IMG/VR virus record: IMGVR_UViG_3300030397_000412
Location: 1-26,563 of that record
DNA from: a virus
Taxonomy: Duplodnaviria > Caudoviricetes
Direction: 5' to 3' (one strand)
DNA: 26,563 bases
The position numbers and the translations under genes were made by a program. Position 1 is the stretch's first letter. Each line of letters opens with the position of its first letter. This document shows positions 6,145 to 15,976 of the stretch, piece after piece. The notes under the pieces were generated by a model that saw only the letters and a list, made by a program, of their open reading frames with translations, had not been told where the DNA came from and did no database searches.

Positions 6145-7731
6145 TTAAATGAAACTATTTACATCTTCATCGCTTGCTTCTTCTTGAACTTCCGCAGAAG
6201 AATTGCTGACACTACCAGCCAACGCCTCAAGATCAGGGAACAAACTTGGGAAGTCCTCAAAGCTGATACCGAGCTGTGTTTGGTATTTGTCTCGTAGTCT
6301 GTTCATTGCTTGGATGATCCCACGGCGGTTTTCAAGCGGTTGTTTTGTTGGCAGTGGCAAGAGTCCCTCAAGGAACTTACGCTCTTTGTCGGACACCTGC
6401 ACACCAGACAATGCTTTGATGTAGGAAGCAGTGAAGCCAGTTGCAGCAGCTTTGAAATCGTTAAACTGCTCCAGCTCTGCTGATTCCTTTCCAGTTCTTG
6501 ATTGCACGGTTGCCTTGCGACCAGCTACCGGGCCTGTGTCTACACCACTGTTGAGAAGATCAAGAAGCCTGCCTGCTTCGCTAAATGTTCCGATAGTTGC
6601 AAATGCACCGTCTTGCTGTCCTACTGGCAAGTCTCTTACGATCTCACGTAGTACGTTTCTTTCTTGGAATGGATCGCCAAAAGATGCACCAAGTACCTGT
6701 CCTCCACCGCCAGACTCAAACTCACGTGCAGCACCACTTGCGATCAGTTTGCCCTCTGCATCAAAGCGTCTCTCTCCTGGGCTGAGTGTAAATGCTTCAC
6801 CTACGCCACTGAGGTCGTTGAGACCGTTGAGTATTCCAATCACATCATTGAGTCCTACCCCTTGTCCCTCGATCGCACGGAAAATAGCAATAGGATCGTC
6901 TGACCCCACTTGATCTATAGCGTCTGCAATGAGTAGTGTTTTTTCCTGTGCTTCTTCGTCTGCAAAAAGTGTGTCGATCTGTTCTCTGATTCCAAGCTCT
7001 TGTGTGAGTAGGTCAAGTTTTCGTGTTTGTGCTTGCTCCTCCTCGGTGAGTGTTTCATCTATACGGGTCAAGTCCTCAGAGAGTCCAGTTTGCGCTGTAC
7101 CGAGCACTCGCTCAATTCTTCCAAGCTCATCAGTGAGGTCTCCACGCTCTGCTGCAAGTTTTCGGCGAAAGTTTGCGTCAGGTACAACAAAGCCACTCAC
7201 TCGTTCCTTGATGTCACCCTCAAGGTTGTCAAGTAGCTCAAGTGTGGTCTGCTGTTCTCCTCGTAGTCCCTCTACGAGTTCTCTTTGAGTGTCCACATCG
7301 AGACTTCTTTCAAGTTCGTCTCTACGTCCTGCTTTATCAAAATCAGAAATCCCACCAAACGCCTCTGTTAAGCGGTCTAATACAAAGTCCTTATCACTCC
7401 TTTGGTTTGATCGTTCTGCTATTACATCACCAATAGGAGAATCTGTAAATGAACCAGCGACGAGGGGTGATGGTGTACTAATACCTGGTCTGAAAGTTGC
7501 TCCTGCTGGTGCAGTGTTTGCTGTTCCTGGAGCAGATGCAGGTACAGATACTTTGGGGATTGTAGATGTTGGCGTGCTTTTTCTTTTAGCAATTACAGAC
7601 TGTCTCTTTTTTTCAAACATGTCAGCAAGCCCTTTTTTAGAGCTGGCCTCACGATTAAAATCATCTTTTACATTAAAAGACTTTTTGGCCAACTTTATTA
7701 CTGGACTTGTCAAAAGTGAAAGTGGTGGCAT
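6145..7731 (-). CDS. putative internal virion / DNA ejection protein
   Basis: 528 aa with coiled coil, FTLSPGERRFD...LIAS motif and SGVQVSDKERKFL motif common in ejection proteins. Confidence 0.55.
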   Translation of the reverse strand: MPPLSLLTSPVIKLAKKSFNVKDDFNREASSKKGLADMFEKKRQSVIAKRKSTPTSTIPKVSVPASAPGTANTAPAGATFRPGISTPSPLVAGSFTDSPIGDVIAERSNQRSDKDFVLDRLTEAFGGISDFDKAGRRDELERSLDVDTQRELVEGLRGEQQTTLELLDNLEGDIKERVSGFVVPDANFRRKLAAERGDLTDELGRIERVLGTAQTGLSEDLTRIDETLTEEEQAQTRKLDLLTQELGIREQIDTLFADEEAQEKTLLIADAIDQVGSDDPIAIFRAIEGQGVGLNDVIGILNGLNDLSGVGEAFTLSPGERRFDAEGKLIASGAAREFESGGGGQVLGASFGDPFQERNVLREIVRDLPVGQQDGAFATIGTFSEAGRLLDLLNSGVDTGPVAGRKATVQSRTGKESAELEQFNDFKAAATGFTASYIKALSGVQVSDKERKFLEGLLPLPTKQPLENRRGIIQAMNRLRDKYQTQLGISFEDFPSLFPDLEALAGSVSNSSAEVQEEASDEDVNSFI

Positions 7732-7745
7732 AGTTCAATTATACA

Positions 7746-8723
7746 TCAGTTTAATGTGAAAGTTTGTTCCCGTGAGTCTTCTTCTGGGAAAAAGAAGCCC
7801 GGCCCTCTCGACCCTTGAGGTGGGTAGTATCCTGTATCGAGCATCCCTGACTGTTCGTCTATCATTTGTCCAAGTAGACCTGCTGCCTGTTCGTTCTTTT
7901 TCAGCAATCCTGCTTCCTTTCCGCCATCGTAGAGTCTCCAGTAGGACTGAGCCATCGCACGATCTTGCAAAGACTGGAAGTACAGTGCCATAGGTCGATA
8001 CACACACAACATGTGGTATTCGCCTGGAAAAATAGGAAACTCAGCGAGTGTGTAAGATGCTGTTGCTGCTGCGATCGTTGTTCCCTCGTATGGACTTGCC
8101 AGCGTTATTGTGGTGTCACCATCAATAGACGCAATAGGATACCATCGGTCATCTCCATCAGTACCAGCAATCTTGATCCATTGCTCGCCAAGTGGCTTTC
8201 TACTGTTCCAGCTTGTACCAGAGCCTACGAGTGCTTTTGCACCACTGGTGATACTGGTGATCGTACCAGTCGTGTAGTCTGCTTTGCTCATGTCTACAGG
8301 TCGTTTTCTTCCCCGTACACGGATTGTACGTCCTGCTGTAGAAAATGCTGGCCAGATCAAAAGGTCGTCTTTTTCTTGCTTAAAGTATTGTGTGATGTCG
8401 GAAGAAGCAGGGTCAAGTCGTTGCAGTCTCTCCCAAAAGTCGTAGTCTTCCACTGGGTCTGGTGTCTCATCCACATTGCCACTTGCGTCAAGTGTGACCA
8501 CGGTCAAAATCTTGCGGATGCTTGTGTGTACATCGTACCTGGCAGTGTCGGCCACTGTTGTGATGTCTTTGGTGAACTCAAGAAAAGGAAACTTACCGCC
8601 ACCTGCTGCGCATGCAATGCGCTGCGTGTCGTTGATCCACCTTTGGAACTTGGTCAAGAAAGCTGCCGTGTCGTCACCCGATATGTCCTGACATTCTGTG
8701 TAGATTTCTTGGTACGATTTCAT
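7746..8723 (-). CDS. putative head-tail adaptor / tail tubular protein A-like
   Basis: N-terminal helices (RWINDTQR), LLIWPA and P-x-FP-x-EYH motifs with an inserted T/S/G-rich beta domain; synteny. Confidence 0.55.
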   Translation of the reverse strand: MKSYQEIYTECQDISGDDTAAFLTKFQRWINDTQRIACAAGGGKFPFLEFTKDITTVADTARYDVHTSIRKILTVVTLDASGNVDETPDPVEDYDFWERLQRLDPASSDITQYFKQEKDDLLIWPAFSTAGRTIRVRGRKRPVDMSKADYTTGTITSITSGAKALVGSGTSWNSRKPLGEQWIKIAGTDGDDRWYPIASIDGDTTITLASPYEGTTIAAATASYTLAEFPIFPGEYHMLCVYRPMALYFQSLQDRAMAQSYWRLYDGGKEAGLLKKNEQAAGLLGQMIDEQSGMLDTGYYPPQGSRGPGFFFPEEDSREQTFTLN

Positions 8724-8724
8724 A

Positions 8725-10542
8725 CTAGCGAGATGCTACATATTCTTGTAAAAACTTCTCAAGTTCTGGTGAGGTGTCAGTACCTCGTAACTCTGCTTTC
8801 AGTTGAATCCATGAGGATCGTTTTGCAACTGTGTAAATCTTGTGTTGTAGTGCCTGGTCTGAAAACGTACCGAGTTTTGTCCAGTTTTGTGGTCTGAAAA
8901 TAAACGTGCCACTGTTGTCTACGTTTGGTACTTCTTCATCGATCACGATGGTGTAGTTGTTACCACTCGTGTTCGTAATGCTTGAAACATGGGCTATAGC
9001 TCCTGCCTGGTTTCCCCTCAAAATCTCTATCTCGTCTCCTACACTAATTTTTACACCATCAGCGTCGTTTATTGTAAAGGTGTCGTCATTTGACGAGTCC
9101 CATGTCCCCGTAAAAAATGTGTTGGCAAAATTGCCCTCCTCAAAGTTCTTATCCTTGACTGTTCTGTATTTTATGATAACACGATCTGTGGCATTTTCCA
9201 TGTGTGTTTTCAGGAATAAATTGAGTTTTGTCCACAGTTCACGGAGTGCATTGCCTGTCAGTGGCACAGTCACCAAGTACCCTCTCTGATCGGCAGAATC
9301 TTTCGTTTGTGAAGCCAAAAGTACGTCCATGCCAGTAGTGCTTGCGTCTTCATATAGCAAAGCACCTGCGAGCAGTCTCCCATGCTCTACATCTACCTGT
9401 TTCAGTGCTCCCACAGCGTTTACTTGCACGTCACCCCACTCATCGTTGGTGACGCCATCGTATTTACTCAAAGAGTATTTTTGATATAGTCCGTTTTCTG
9501 AAAGTGCCCATACACCACTCGGCATATCCTCAAACACCTGTGCATTGTTGTCCCCGACCATGTTATTCATCAACATGTGCAGGTGACCGTCAATCACTTC
9601 CATGCCGTTGCGGTGTACCATCAGGTCATTTTCGTTTGAAGCAAAGAGGTCTTCCCACTGGTTTGCTTTTTGCATGTTGGGGAAGCGAGCAACCTCCTCA
9701 AGTTCCTGTCCGTTGTTGAACAATACTTGACCACGAGTATTGATAGTATGCAAGACCCCGTTTACGTTCTGTCCTGCCATTGTCGCACGAGCATAGCAGC
9801 GTAGTGGTTCATCGTATTGCTCGCTGACACCATCCCAAGGGAAAATCAGAGCCTCACCCTTTTCAACGTGGCGTGTTCCAAAGTAGACCCTAGTGGCGTC
9901 TTGTTCGATCCATGCAATTTTGTACTGTTCTGGCCACTGGAGTCGTTCAGTGGTCACTACAAGGCTCTCATCAACGGTATGTACCGTATTGTCCTCTACC
10001 ACCAGCAAAAGGTTCAGAAAAGTGTGGATGTCGATATATCTTCCTGCTGTCAGGCTTGATTGGCTCAGTGTTCCAGTCCACCACGTATCATCCCAGGTGG
10101 TGCTCCCTCCGAGCATAGCAAGATCACCAGCTACAGGAGTTCGCATTGTAATGAGCCTATCGTTTCCACTGTCCTTGCCAAAGACTGCAAGCTGATCTCG
10201 TGCATCAGTTGGTGTGTCTGTGAAAGCGTCTTGTGCCCAACTTGTCAGAGGATCGTCACTATCTGTTTTAAACAGCACCCCGTTTGCGGTGTCTACAGAC
10301 TGTGTAATCATCCACCAACGATCTGTACCATCTCCTGCGTCAGAACGTACGATTTGTTTTGGTATCCTGAAATCACCATCATCGTCATCGTCATAGACTC
10401 GGTACAGACGCTCTGAAAGGAGAATAGATCCAGGTTTTTTGTCAAAGTCAATGTTTTTTGTATACAAAATGTTGCCAAAGTTCTCACCCTTTGATGATAC
10501 CCCTACTTTCTTATCTTCGTTTGGTACTGATATTGCTGGCAT
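8725..10542 (-). CDS. putative tail nozzle / stabilization protein (beta-propeller, P22 gp10 or T7 gp12-like)
   Basis: ~605 aa, beta-rich with WDG repeats and C-terminal WIQLKAELRG. The likely start is MPAISVP at 10542 (TAA-T-ATG coupling). Confidence 0.55.
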   Translation of the reverse strand: MPAISVPNEDKKVGVSSKGENFGNILYTKNIDFDKKPGSILLSERLYRVYDDDDDGDFRIPKQIVRSDAGDGTDRWWMITQSVDTANGVLFKTDSDDPLTSWAQDAFTDTPTDARDQLAVFGKDSGNDRLITMRTPVAGDLAMLGGSTTWDDTWWTGTLSQSSLTAGRYIDIHTFLNLLLVVEDNTVHTVDESLVVTTERLQWPEQYKIAWIEQDATRVYFGTRHVEKGEALIFPWDGVSEQYDEPLRCYARATMAGQNVNGVLHTINTRGQVLFNNGQELEEVARFPNMQKANQWEDLFASNENDLMVHRNGMEVIDGHLHMLMNNMVGDNNAQVFEDMPSGVWALSENGLYQKYSLSKYDGVTNDEWGDVQVNAVGALKQVDVEHGRLLAGALLYEDASTTGMDVLLASQTKDSADQRGYLVTVPLTGNALRELWTKLNLFLKTHMENATDRVIIKYRTVKDKNFEEGNFANTFFTGTWDSSNDDTFTINDADGVKISVGDEIEILRGNQAGAIAHVSSITNTSGNNYTIVIDEEVPNVDNSGTFIFRPQNWTKLGTFSDQALQHKIYTVAKRSSWIQLKAELRGTDTSPELEKFLQEYVASR

Positions 10543-10543
10543 A

Positions 10544-11209
10544 TTAAAAACGTCTTTGTAGGTATTGTATACCACTAATAAACATGGTTTTTTGCACCGC
10601 TTCACTTTCTATCATGTGTCCAGTCCAAAGAACAGAAGGAGCAGTCACTGGAAGATTGTCTCTGACAACACCTTTAACATCTCCATCCACACGAAACTCA
10701 ACTTTATTACCAGGTAAGAATCTTGCGTCTACAGCGTATAAAGTTGACGTGGATATAGTTATAAGGTCTACTGTTGTTCTATTAGAGCTACCAGTTTGAG
10801 CCATACCTTGCAGTGTGTTTCCATTTATCCTGAAACCATAAGCATCGTTTGTACTCGTATGTGTGCCCATTATCAAATATCCTTCTTGGTTGTCATCCTC
10901 AGTGAAACTTACATAGGAACGCATCCTACTAGGGTTTGCGAAGGAAAAAGTACCAAGCAATGAATTAGAAACCTGTATGGTCGATGTGCCTGATCCACTA
11001 GCAGGCGTTCTTACGTCTGCTCCACCACCGTCAATAACAACATTTCCAGTTATATCAAACCCATCTGTCCCTTCAAAAAAGGTCAAATAAAGGAAGAAAT
11101 CATCCCATAAAACATCAAAAATACTATCCTGTACAAATCTGTCTATATGACGCTCTATGGTTTTTCTCGCTTGCTGGTCAAGTGGAAAGTTGATTTGTGA
11201 CTTTGGCAT
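10544..11209 (-). CDS. virion protein with lectin/ConA-like beta sandwich
   Basis: Beta-rich; VEFRVDGDVKG...NLP motif. Confidence 0.5.
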   Translation of the reverse strand: MPKSQINFPLDQQARKTIERHIDRFVQDSIFDVLWDDFFLYLTFFEGTDGFDITGNVVIDGGGADVRTPASGSGTSTIQVSNSLLGTFSFANPSRMRSYVSFTEDDNQEGYLIMGTHTSTNDAYGFRINGNTLQGMAQTGSSNRTTVDLITISTSTLYAVDARFLPGNKVEFRVDGDVKGVVRDNLPVTAPSVLWTGHMIESEAVQKTMFISGIQYLQRRF

Positions 11210-11210
11210 A

Positions 11211-12884
11211 TTATTGTATAAAAATTATTCTCCTGGCTGCCTCATGTTCGACCACCAACTTAGGGTCTTGAGATGTTCCTGTTTCGTCTGCGGTAGAAAC
11301 AACAATACTATTGTCTTGGCCATTTGACATGACAACCGGATTATCTAAAATATCGTGACCTTCTCGAGCTCCAAACTTTGTAATTCCGGTTTTTGAAATA
11401 TTATTTATACCTGTCGAATTAAGAGCCCAATCATTATAGGCACTCGTGCTTATACTTTCGATTTGAATACGTGCCCCCGTGTCGTGCATTTCCGTTGGAT
11501 CGTCAATAGCGTCACCAATCAAATCGAAATCCTGTGTGACTAATGCAGTATCGCTTGCAGGATTTGAACTTACTATAGCAATAAAGTCATCACCGTCATC
11601 ATCATCATTTGTTGCAGATGTTCCATACAAACTCATGGTCGCAGATGAGATTGTATCGCTATCTGGTATAGAGGAAGTGTCAAAAAGGTAAGCATTACGT
11701 ATAATTGTGTACTCGCCATCACCCTCTATTCTTGCCCTGATTCTTGCCGTTACTGAGGTATCATTTATTGAATCCCCATTTGATGAATCATGAGCACTAT
11801 TCCACGTTGTCTCATTTTGTTCGTTGATCTGTCCGTCCACACTGGTTGTTTCAGTATCAGCATCAGGGTAGACAGTGGTTGTCGTGTCAGTGAGCACAGG
11901 ATATGTTGCGTTTGCAAGAAACGTACTTGGAAGAATCTTTGACAGCCTGTAGCTGCCATCTCCCATAGGAGATATATCGGCTTGAATGTCTACAACATCA
12001 GATACAAGTTGTGAGGAGGTTGCACTTGTGGTGTGATCCCACGCTTGAAACTTTCTGAATCCAATGCCACGTGTCTCTGAATCGGGACGTGCTATTCTGA
12101 CAGGACTTTTTTTAGGAACACCCAGCGCTGATTGTTCAGTCCAGCGTGTCTTTTTGCCACGTACAAACCTGTGAAACTCTGAGTCTTCTATGTCAATCTC
12201 AAACTCAAAAACATTGCTCGGAGGTTCAGAGTTGAGTCTCACGAGCTTTGCGAGTCTTGGTGCTGTGCCATGTTCCACGTAGTAGATAAGATCACCGGTG
12301 GGGTATGCACCATCGTATACCACGTAGTTGACATTCTCACGTATGCCTGTAGGCATCAACAAGTCACCAACTTCAATTCTTCCTGGTACATCAACCACTC
12401 CCAAAGCTGTAATTTCCATCCTGTAAGGCTGTTCTGTGATCTCCTCGTTAGTTCTGTTGTCCCATCGGTTATTGTTGATGAGAGCGGCCGTTTTTCCAGC
12501 CGTAGGCGGCAATAAAACATTAAATGGGGCCTCTTTTACCGTAAAACCAATATTTGTAGATACAAAAGAAGTATCTATGACCTGAAAGTCACCATTCTCA
12601 TCAAGATAGTTTAGCCATCCCTCGTAAAAGGTACTCTCAAACTTTGTTGGAGTTACTTCTACGGTCTCGTTGGGCAACAACCAGGATTCCCTGATAACAG
12701 CAGTACCCTCTATAGGGATTGTCTCACTATTCCATCCACCAGTGCGCAATTCATCTCTTACTTCTTCTGTGAGCGGTAAGTTTTTATGCGTGACTTCTTC
12801 TGGTATTGCAGTAACTCCAGCAGTAGAGAGTGCGATTGCTATTGCCGCTCCCGAAACTCTTTTTGTAATTCTTTTTTCTGGCAT
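11211..12884 (-). CDS. signal-peptide-bearing protein with C-terminal DNRLRE/CBM96-like domain
   Basis: N-terminal KRITKR plus hydrophobic stretch; ATYPVLTD linker; RNAYLFDTSSIP...ISSATMSLY...DPKLVVEH. Confidence 0.6.
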   Translation of the reverse strand: MPEKRITKRVSGAAIAIALSTAGVTAIPEEVTHKNLPLTEEVRDELRTGGWNSETIPIEGTAVIRESWLLPNETVEVTPTKFESTFYEGWLNYLDENGDFQVIDTSFVSTNIGFTVKEAPFNVLLPPTAGKTAALINNNRWDNRTNEEITEQPYRMEITALGVVDVPGRIEVGDLLMPTGIRENVNYVVYDGAYPTGDLIYYVEHGTAPRLAKLVRLNSEPPSNVFEFEIDIEDSEFHRFVRGKKTRWTEQSALGVPKKSPVRIARPDSETRGIGFRKFQAWDHTTSATSSQLVSDVVDIQADISPMGDGSYRLSKILPSTFLANATYPVLTDTTTTVYPDADTETTSVDGQINEQNETTWNSAHDSSNGDSINDTSVTARIRARIEGDGEYTIIRNAYLFDTSSIPDSDTISSATMSLYGTSATNDDDDGDDFIAIVSSNPASDTALVTQDFDLIGDAIDDPTEMHDTGARIQIESISTSAYNDWALNSTGINNISKTGITKFGAREGHDILDNPVVMSNGQDNSIVVSTADETGTSQDPKLVVEHEAARRIIFIQ

Positions 12885-14638
12885 TATTCTCGAACAACTT
12901 GGTAATAGATTGAGACGGAAACCTGCGTAACTGTTCCTGTTACAGTGCCTATATCAATACTCCACCAGTCGCCTGAATCAAATGTTGCGTTGCTGAGAGT
13001 GCCATCATCCTCTGCACCATCATTGTCACACGTTATTGTAGAGTCAAAAGATGCTGGAGAATCACCCGTGCTGTTTCTTTCCTGTATGTCTATAACAACT
13101 GACTCTGAACTATCCGCAGGATCAACAATACAGTGCACATCTGTAATAGTTATCCCAAATGGTAGTTTACCTATTAAGAAGTTGTCTGCATCGTCAGGAC
13201 TCTCTATTGTAATGGACGGCCACCTTCTTGGGTCAATGACATCTGCATCAGCACCGTATACAAGTTGGTCTGCACTTGTATCATGTGCAATTTCACCGTC
13301 AGCGTCTATTGTGTTACCTGTCCCATTTGGAACTTCAAAACTATCTGCGACACCAAAATCTATAACTTCTGATGACGAAATTGTTGTCACTCCTCCCGTT
13401 TCTGTAAAAAGCATAGACTGAACACCACCTGCTATTACTGCAACTTGGTCATTACTACCTCCGATCCCAGTGTTCACGTCAAACCTGTATGTAGGAGATG
13501 TAATAGATGGTGCAGCGTTAGCGATAGTCCAGGAGAAAGCTCCAAGATTTGATCTAAAAGAGTTTTCTCCAAAATTCCAATTCTGTAAACCTCCTCCGGC
13601 AATAACCAAGTTTGATCCGTCGTGATATATACCATCTCCGCCACCAAAATCAAGTGTCGGCGTCACTGCGTCATTGCTTGATGGTAATTTAAACCTTGCA
13701 GTGGCGGTTGTTGTCCCCAAAGTTAAAGTATGATTTACATCATCCCACACAAAATCAGAATCACCTCCGAAAGCTCCCCCATTATTATATTGAACTTGTG
13801 TATCAGAACCACCAGGTGATCCTCCCCCACCTCCTCCATCACCTTGGAGCGCCCATGTGTTTGTAGACTCACATGCGTATATCCTCTGACCAGAAGTTGC
13901 GTCTGTATCAAAGTAAACGTCACCTACCTCACACGTTGCTGGCAATGTGATGCTATTCGGTATTTGTAGTACACCACTACCGATATCATAATCACCTGTT
14001 ATTGCGAAATCATTTGCAATATTTAAAAGAGACTCATCAGCAACAATGGAATCAAGTTCAGAAAATGTGTCAAACAAACCGTTGTGGGTAAGTGTCACGT
14101 CAGTTATATAGCTATTTATCTCAGAATATGTATCTATCTCCTCAGTTGATCCTCCTGTTACTCCAAGCAAACCTGTATATGCAGATACATCAGCTTCAAG
14201 ACCGCCCCTTTCGTGTTCTATAGTCCCGGCAGAAAAGAAAGCAGTAGCAGAATCACCTGCGTTTGCCGTGTCAGCAGTTGGCCAGTTATTCCCTGCGTCA
14301 ATAAGGAACTTATTTGCACTTGGTTCAGTAAATATTGAGTTAGTGTCGTTGTCAGTTGCGATTTCTACAAGATCAGCAGACTCATTTGAGTCATCATCGC
14401 CTAAATCCAAAATGACAGCACTACCGCCTCCGCCGCCACAACCGCTACATGTACCAGTAACAGTCAAATCTCCTAATTCTACACCCCAAGAAGAATCAAC
14501 AGGCTTTAGTGTTGTACCGTCAAGAAACCAGAGTGTGATCTGGCCATTTGCGATCTGAAACGACATGGCAAACATTGCCAGAGCGACAATGAGCATCGAG
14601 AGTGCGTTTTTGTTTATGAAATCTCTTATTTTTTGCAT
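12884..14638 (-). CDS. tail fiber/spike-like protein with N-terminal signal peptide
   Basis: Polyglycine linkers, PGGSDTQVQYNNGGAFGG fiber motif, ATCEVGDVYFDTD motif; very acidic. Confidence 0.65.
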   Translation of the reverse strand: MQKIRDFINKNALSMLIVALAMFAMSFQIANGQITLWFLDGTTLKPVDSSWGVELGDLTVTGTCSGCGGGGGSAVILDLGDDDSNESADLVEIATDNDTNSIFTEPSANKFLIDAGNNWPTADTANAGDSATAFFSAGTIEHERGGLEADVSAYTGLLGVTGGSTEEIDTYSEINSYITDVTLTHNGLFDTFSELDSIVADESLLNIANDFAITGDYDIGSGVLQIPNSITLPATCEVGDVYFDTDATSGQRIYACESTNTWALQGDGGGGGGSPGGSDTQVQYNNGGAFGGDSDFVWDDVNHTLTLGTTTATARFKLPSSNDAVTPTLDFGGGDGIYHDGSNLVIAGGGLQNWNFGENSFRSNLGAFSWTIANAAPSITSPTYRFDVNTGIGGSNDQVAVIAGGVQSMLFTETGGVTTISSSEVIDFGVADSFEVPNGTGNTIDADGEIAHDTSADQLVYGADADVIDPRRWPSITIESPDDADNFLIGKLPFGITITDVHCIVDPADSSESVVIDIQERNSTGDSPASFDSTITCDNDGAEDDGTLSNATFDSGDWWSIDIGTVTGTVTQVSVSIYYQVVRE

Positions 14639-14639
14639 A

Positions 14640-14933
14640 CTACTTGAAACTTATTATCTCCATGTCCATGCTGGCTTGAGTGCTTTGGAAATAGAGCGTG
14701 ACCTTTGAGCTTTTAATGTCGGTTTCCTTGTGTGTCTCTCCTTGACTGATTGTGAAGTAAGTAGTGCCGCTATCTCCCTCTACCATCGCTACTTTTGCCG
14801 GGTAGCCCGGGTCTCGCAATCTCATCCAAAACTCTGTTGTGCCCTCTGGTAGTTCGTAACTGTATTCAGTGTTGGCACTGGTCATTGCGACATTCGCCGT
14901 TGTTGGTTTTGCTTTGGTTGCTACTACTTCCAT
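14640..14933 (-). CDS. small beta-rich virion protein (paralog 2)
   Basis: KPTTANVAMTSANTEYSYELPEGT, paralogous to the adjacent gene. Confidence 0.7.
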   Translation of the reverse strand: MEVVATKAKPTTANVAMTSANTEYSYELPEGTTEFWMRLRDPGYPAKVAMVEGDSGTTYFTISQGETHKETDIKSSKVTLYFQSTQASMDMEIISFK

Positions 14934-15202
14934 GTTTCAATCTCTGCCACCTGTGATGCGGTAGGTGACTGGAAATAAATTGTTGCACCACCGACCTTTG
15001 CTTTCATTTCCAGCTTGTCGCCGTACGGAACTGTGAAAAATGTGGTACCACTCGCACCTTCGACAAAAGCAACCTTCAACAGAGCATTGAGAGCACGCAA
15101 GCTGATCTTGAAAGCCCGTGTGCCTTCCGGGAACGTGTAACTATACTCGGTGTTGGCCGATGTCATTGTCTCGTTTGCAATTGTAGGTTTTGCTGGCAGC
15201 AT
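14924..15202 (-). CDS. small beta-rich virion protein (paralog 1)
   Basis: KPTIANETMTSANTEYSYTFPEGT. Confidence 0.7.
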   Translation of the reverse strand: MLPAKPTIANETMTSANTEYSYTFPEGTRAFKISLRALNALLKVAFVEGASGTTFFTVPYGDKLEMKAKVGGATIYFQSPTASQVAEIETWK

Positions 15203-15208
15203 ATACGT

Positions 15209-15976
15209 TTAATTATTTACTAAAATGAGGTTGTACTGCAAATATACTGATGTGTTGTTGGCATCAACGGCTGCTGTCCACTTCAAATCTGTCTTTTCAG
15301 TAATGGCCATCGGTATCGTGAAAATAAAGTCGGGAGTGGTAGACGTTCCCTCGTTTTTGAGATCAACTTCCTGCTGTAATCTCCATGCGCCGCCAAATGG
15401 CTTCATAAAGAGTCGCAAGCGTGCCTCTTTTGATCCTGCGCCTGACGATGAGGCAACCCCAGCTTGACCACCTACCATGTAAGCCGTTCTGTCTGCCGGG
15501 ATAGTATAGTGAGAAATCAGTGTTTGGCCATCACCTGCGGCAATAAATGCCTGTCTTGAGCCTGAACCTGAACTTGTCGGGTCAGCAGTAATGTCACCAT
15601 CGTTGGTTTCAACAGAGCCAGCAGTTGCAACAAACATTCGGTGAACCCTCAAATATGATTTCGTAGTAGTGACGGTGCTTGTGCCATTGGGCGTGACAGT
15701 TTCTTCGATCTCCTTATAGTCAGCATCAAGGCCCTGAATCATCACAGTACGAACACCCGTTCCTGCAGGATCACCGTCATCGTTTGTGCTTGTTGATGCA
15801 ATGTCCATAGTCTCGGCAGCAGAAAGATACGCCCTTGCTCCACCACCAGCCCAAATATCTTCTTCGGCTGCAGTATCAATGTCAGCATTTCTTCCAAACT
15901 TTTGCACAGCAGTATGACGGGGTATGTTGCCCTTTGCCACTTCGAGAAAAAAGTCTTTTGTGATTTTATCGGTCAT
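15209..15976 (-). CDS. conserved phage structural protein
   Basis: KFGRNADID...EDIW...IQGLDADY...YTIPA motifs, recognised from phage structural regions. Confidence 0.65.
   Translation of the reverse strand: MTDKITKDFFLEVAKGNIPRHTAVQKFGRNADIDTAAEEDIWAGGGARAYLSAAETMDIASTSTNDDGDPAGTGVRTVMIQGLDADYKEIEETVTPNGTSTVTTTKSYLRVHRMFVATAGSVETNDGDITADPTSSGSGSRQAFIAAGDGQTLISHYTIPADRTAYMVGGQAGVASSSGAGSKEARLRLFMKPFGGAWRLQQEVDLKNEGTSTTPDFIFTIPMAITEKTDLKWTAAVDANNTSVYLQYNLILVNN

Noticed and set aside
4797-6152. 451-aa plus-strand ORF (also 7965-8897, 1361-1912 and other plus-strand ORFs)
   Set aside because: These are antisense shadows of well-supported minus-strand genes, with no recognisable motifs.
10543-10605. 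ORF-track extended starts (10605, 2515, 2352, 2002, 1463)
   Set aside because: They overlap upstream genes, promoters or RNA structures; downstream starts have better coupling or SD support.
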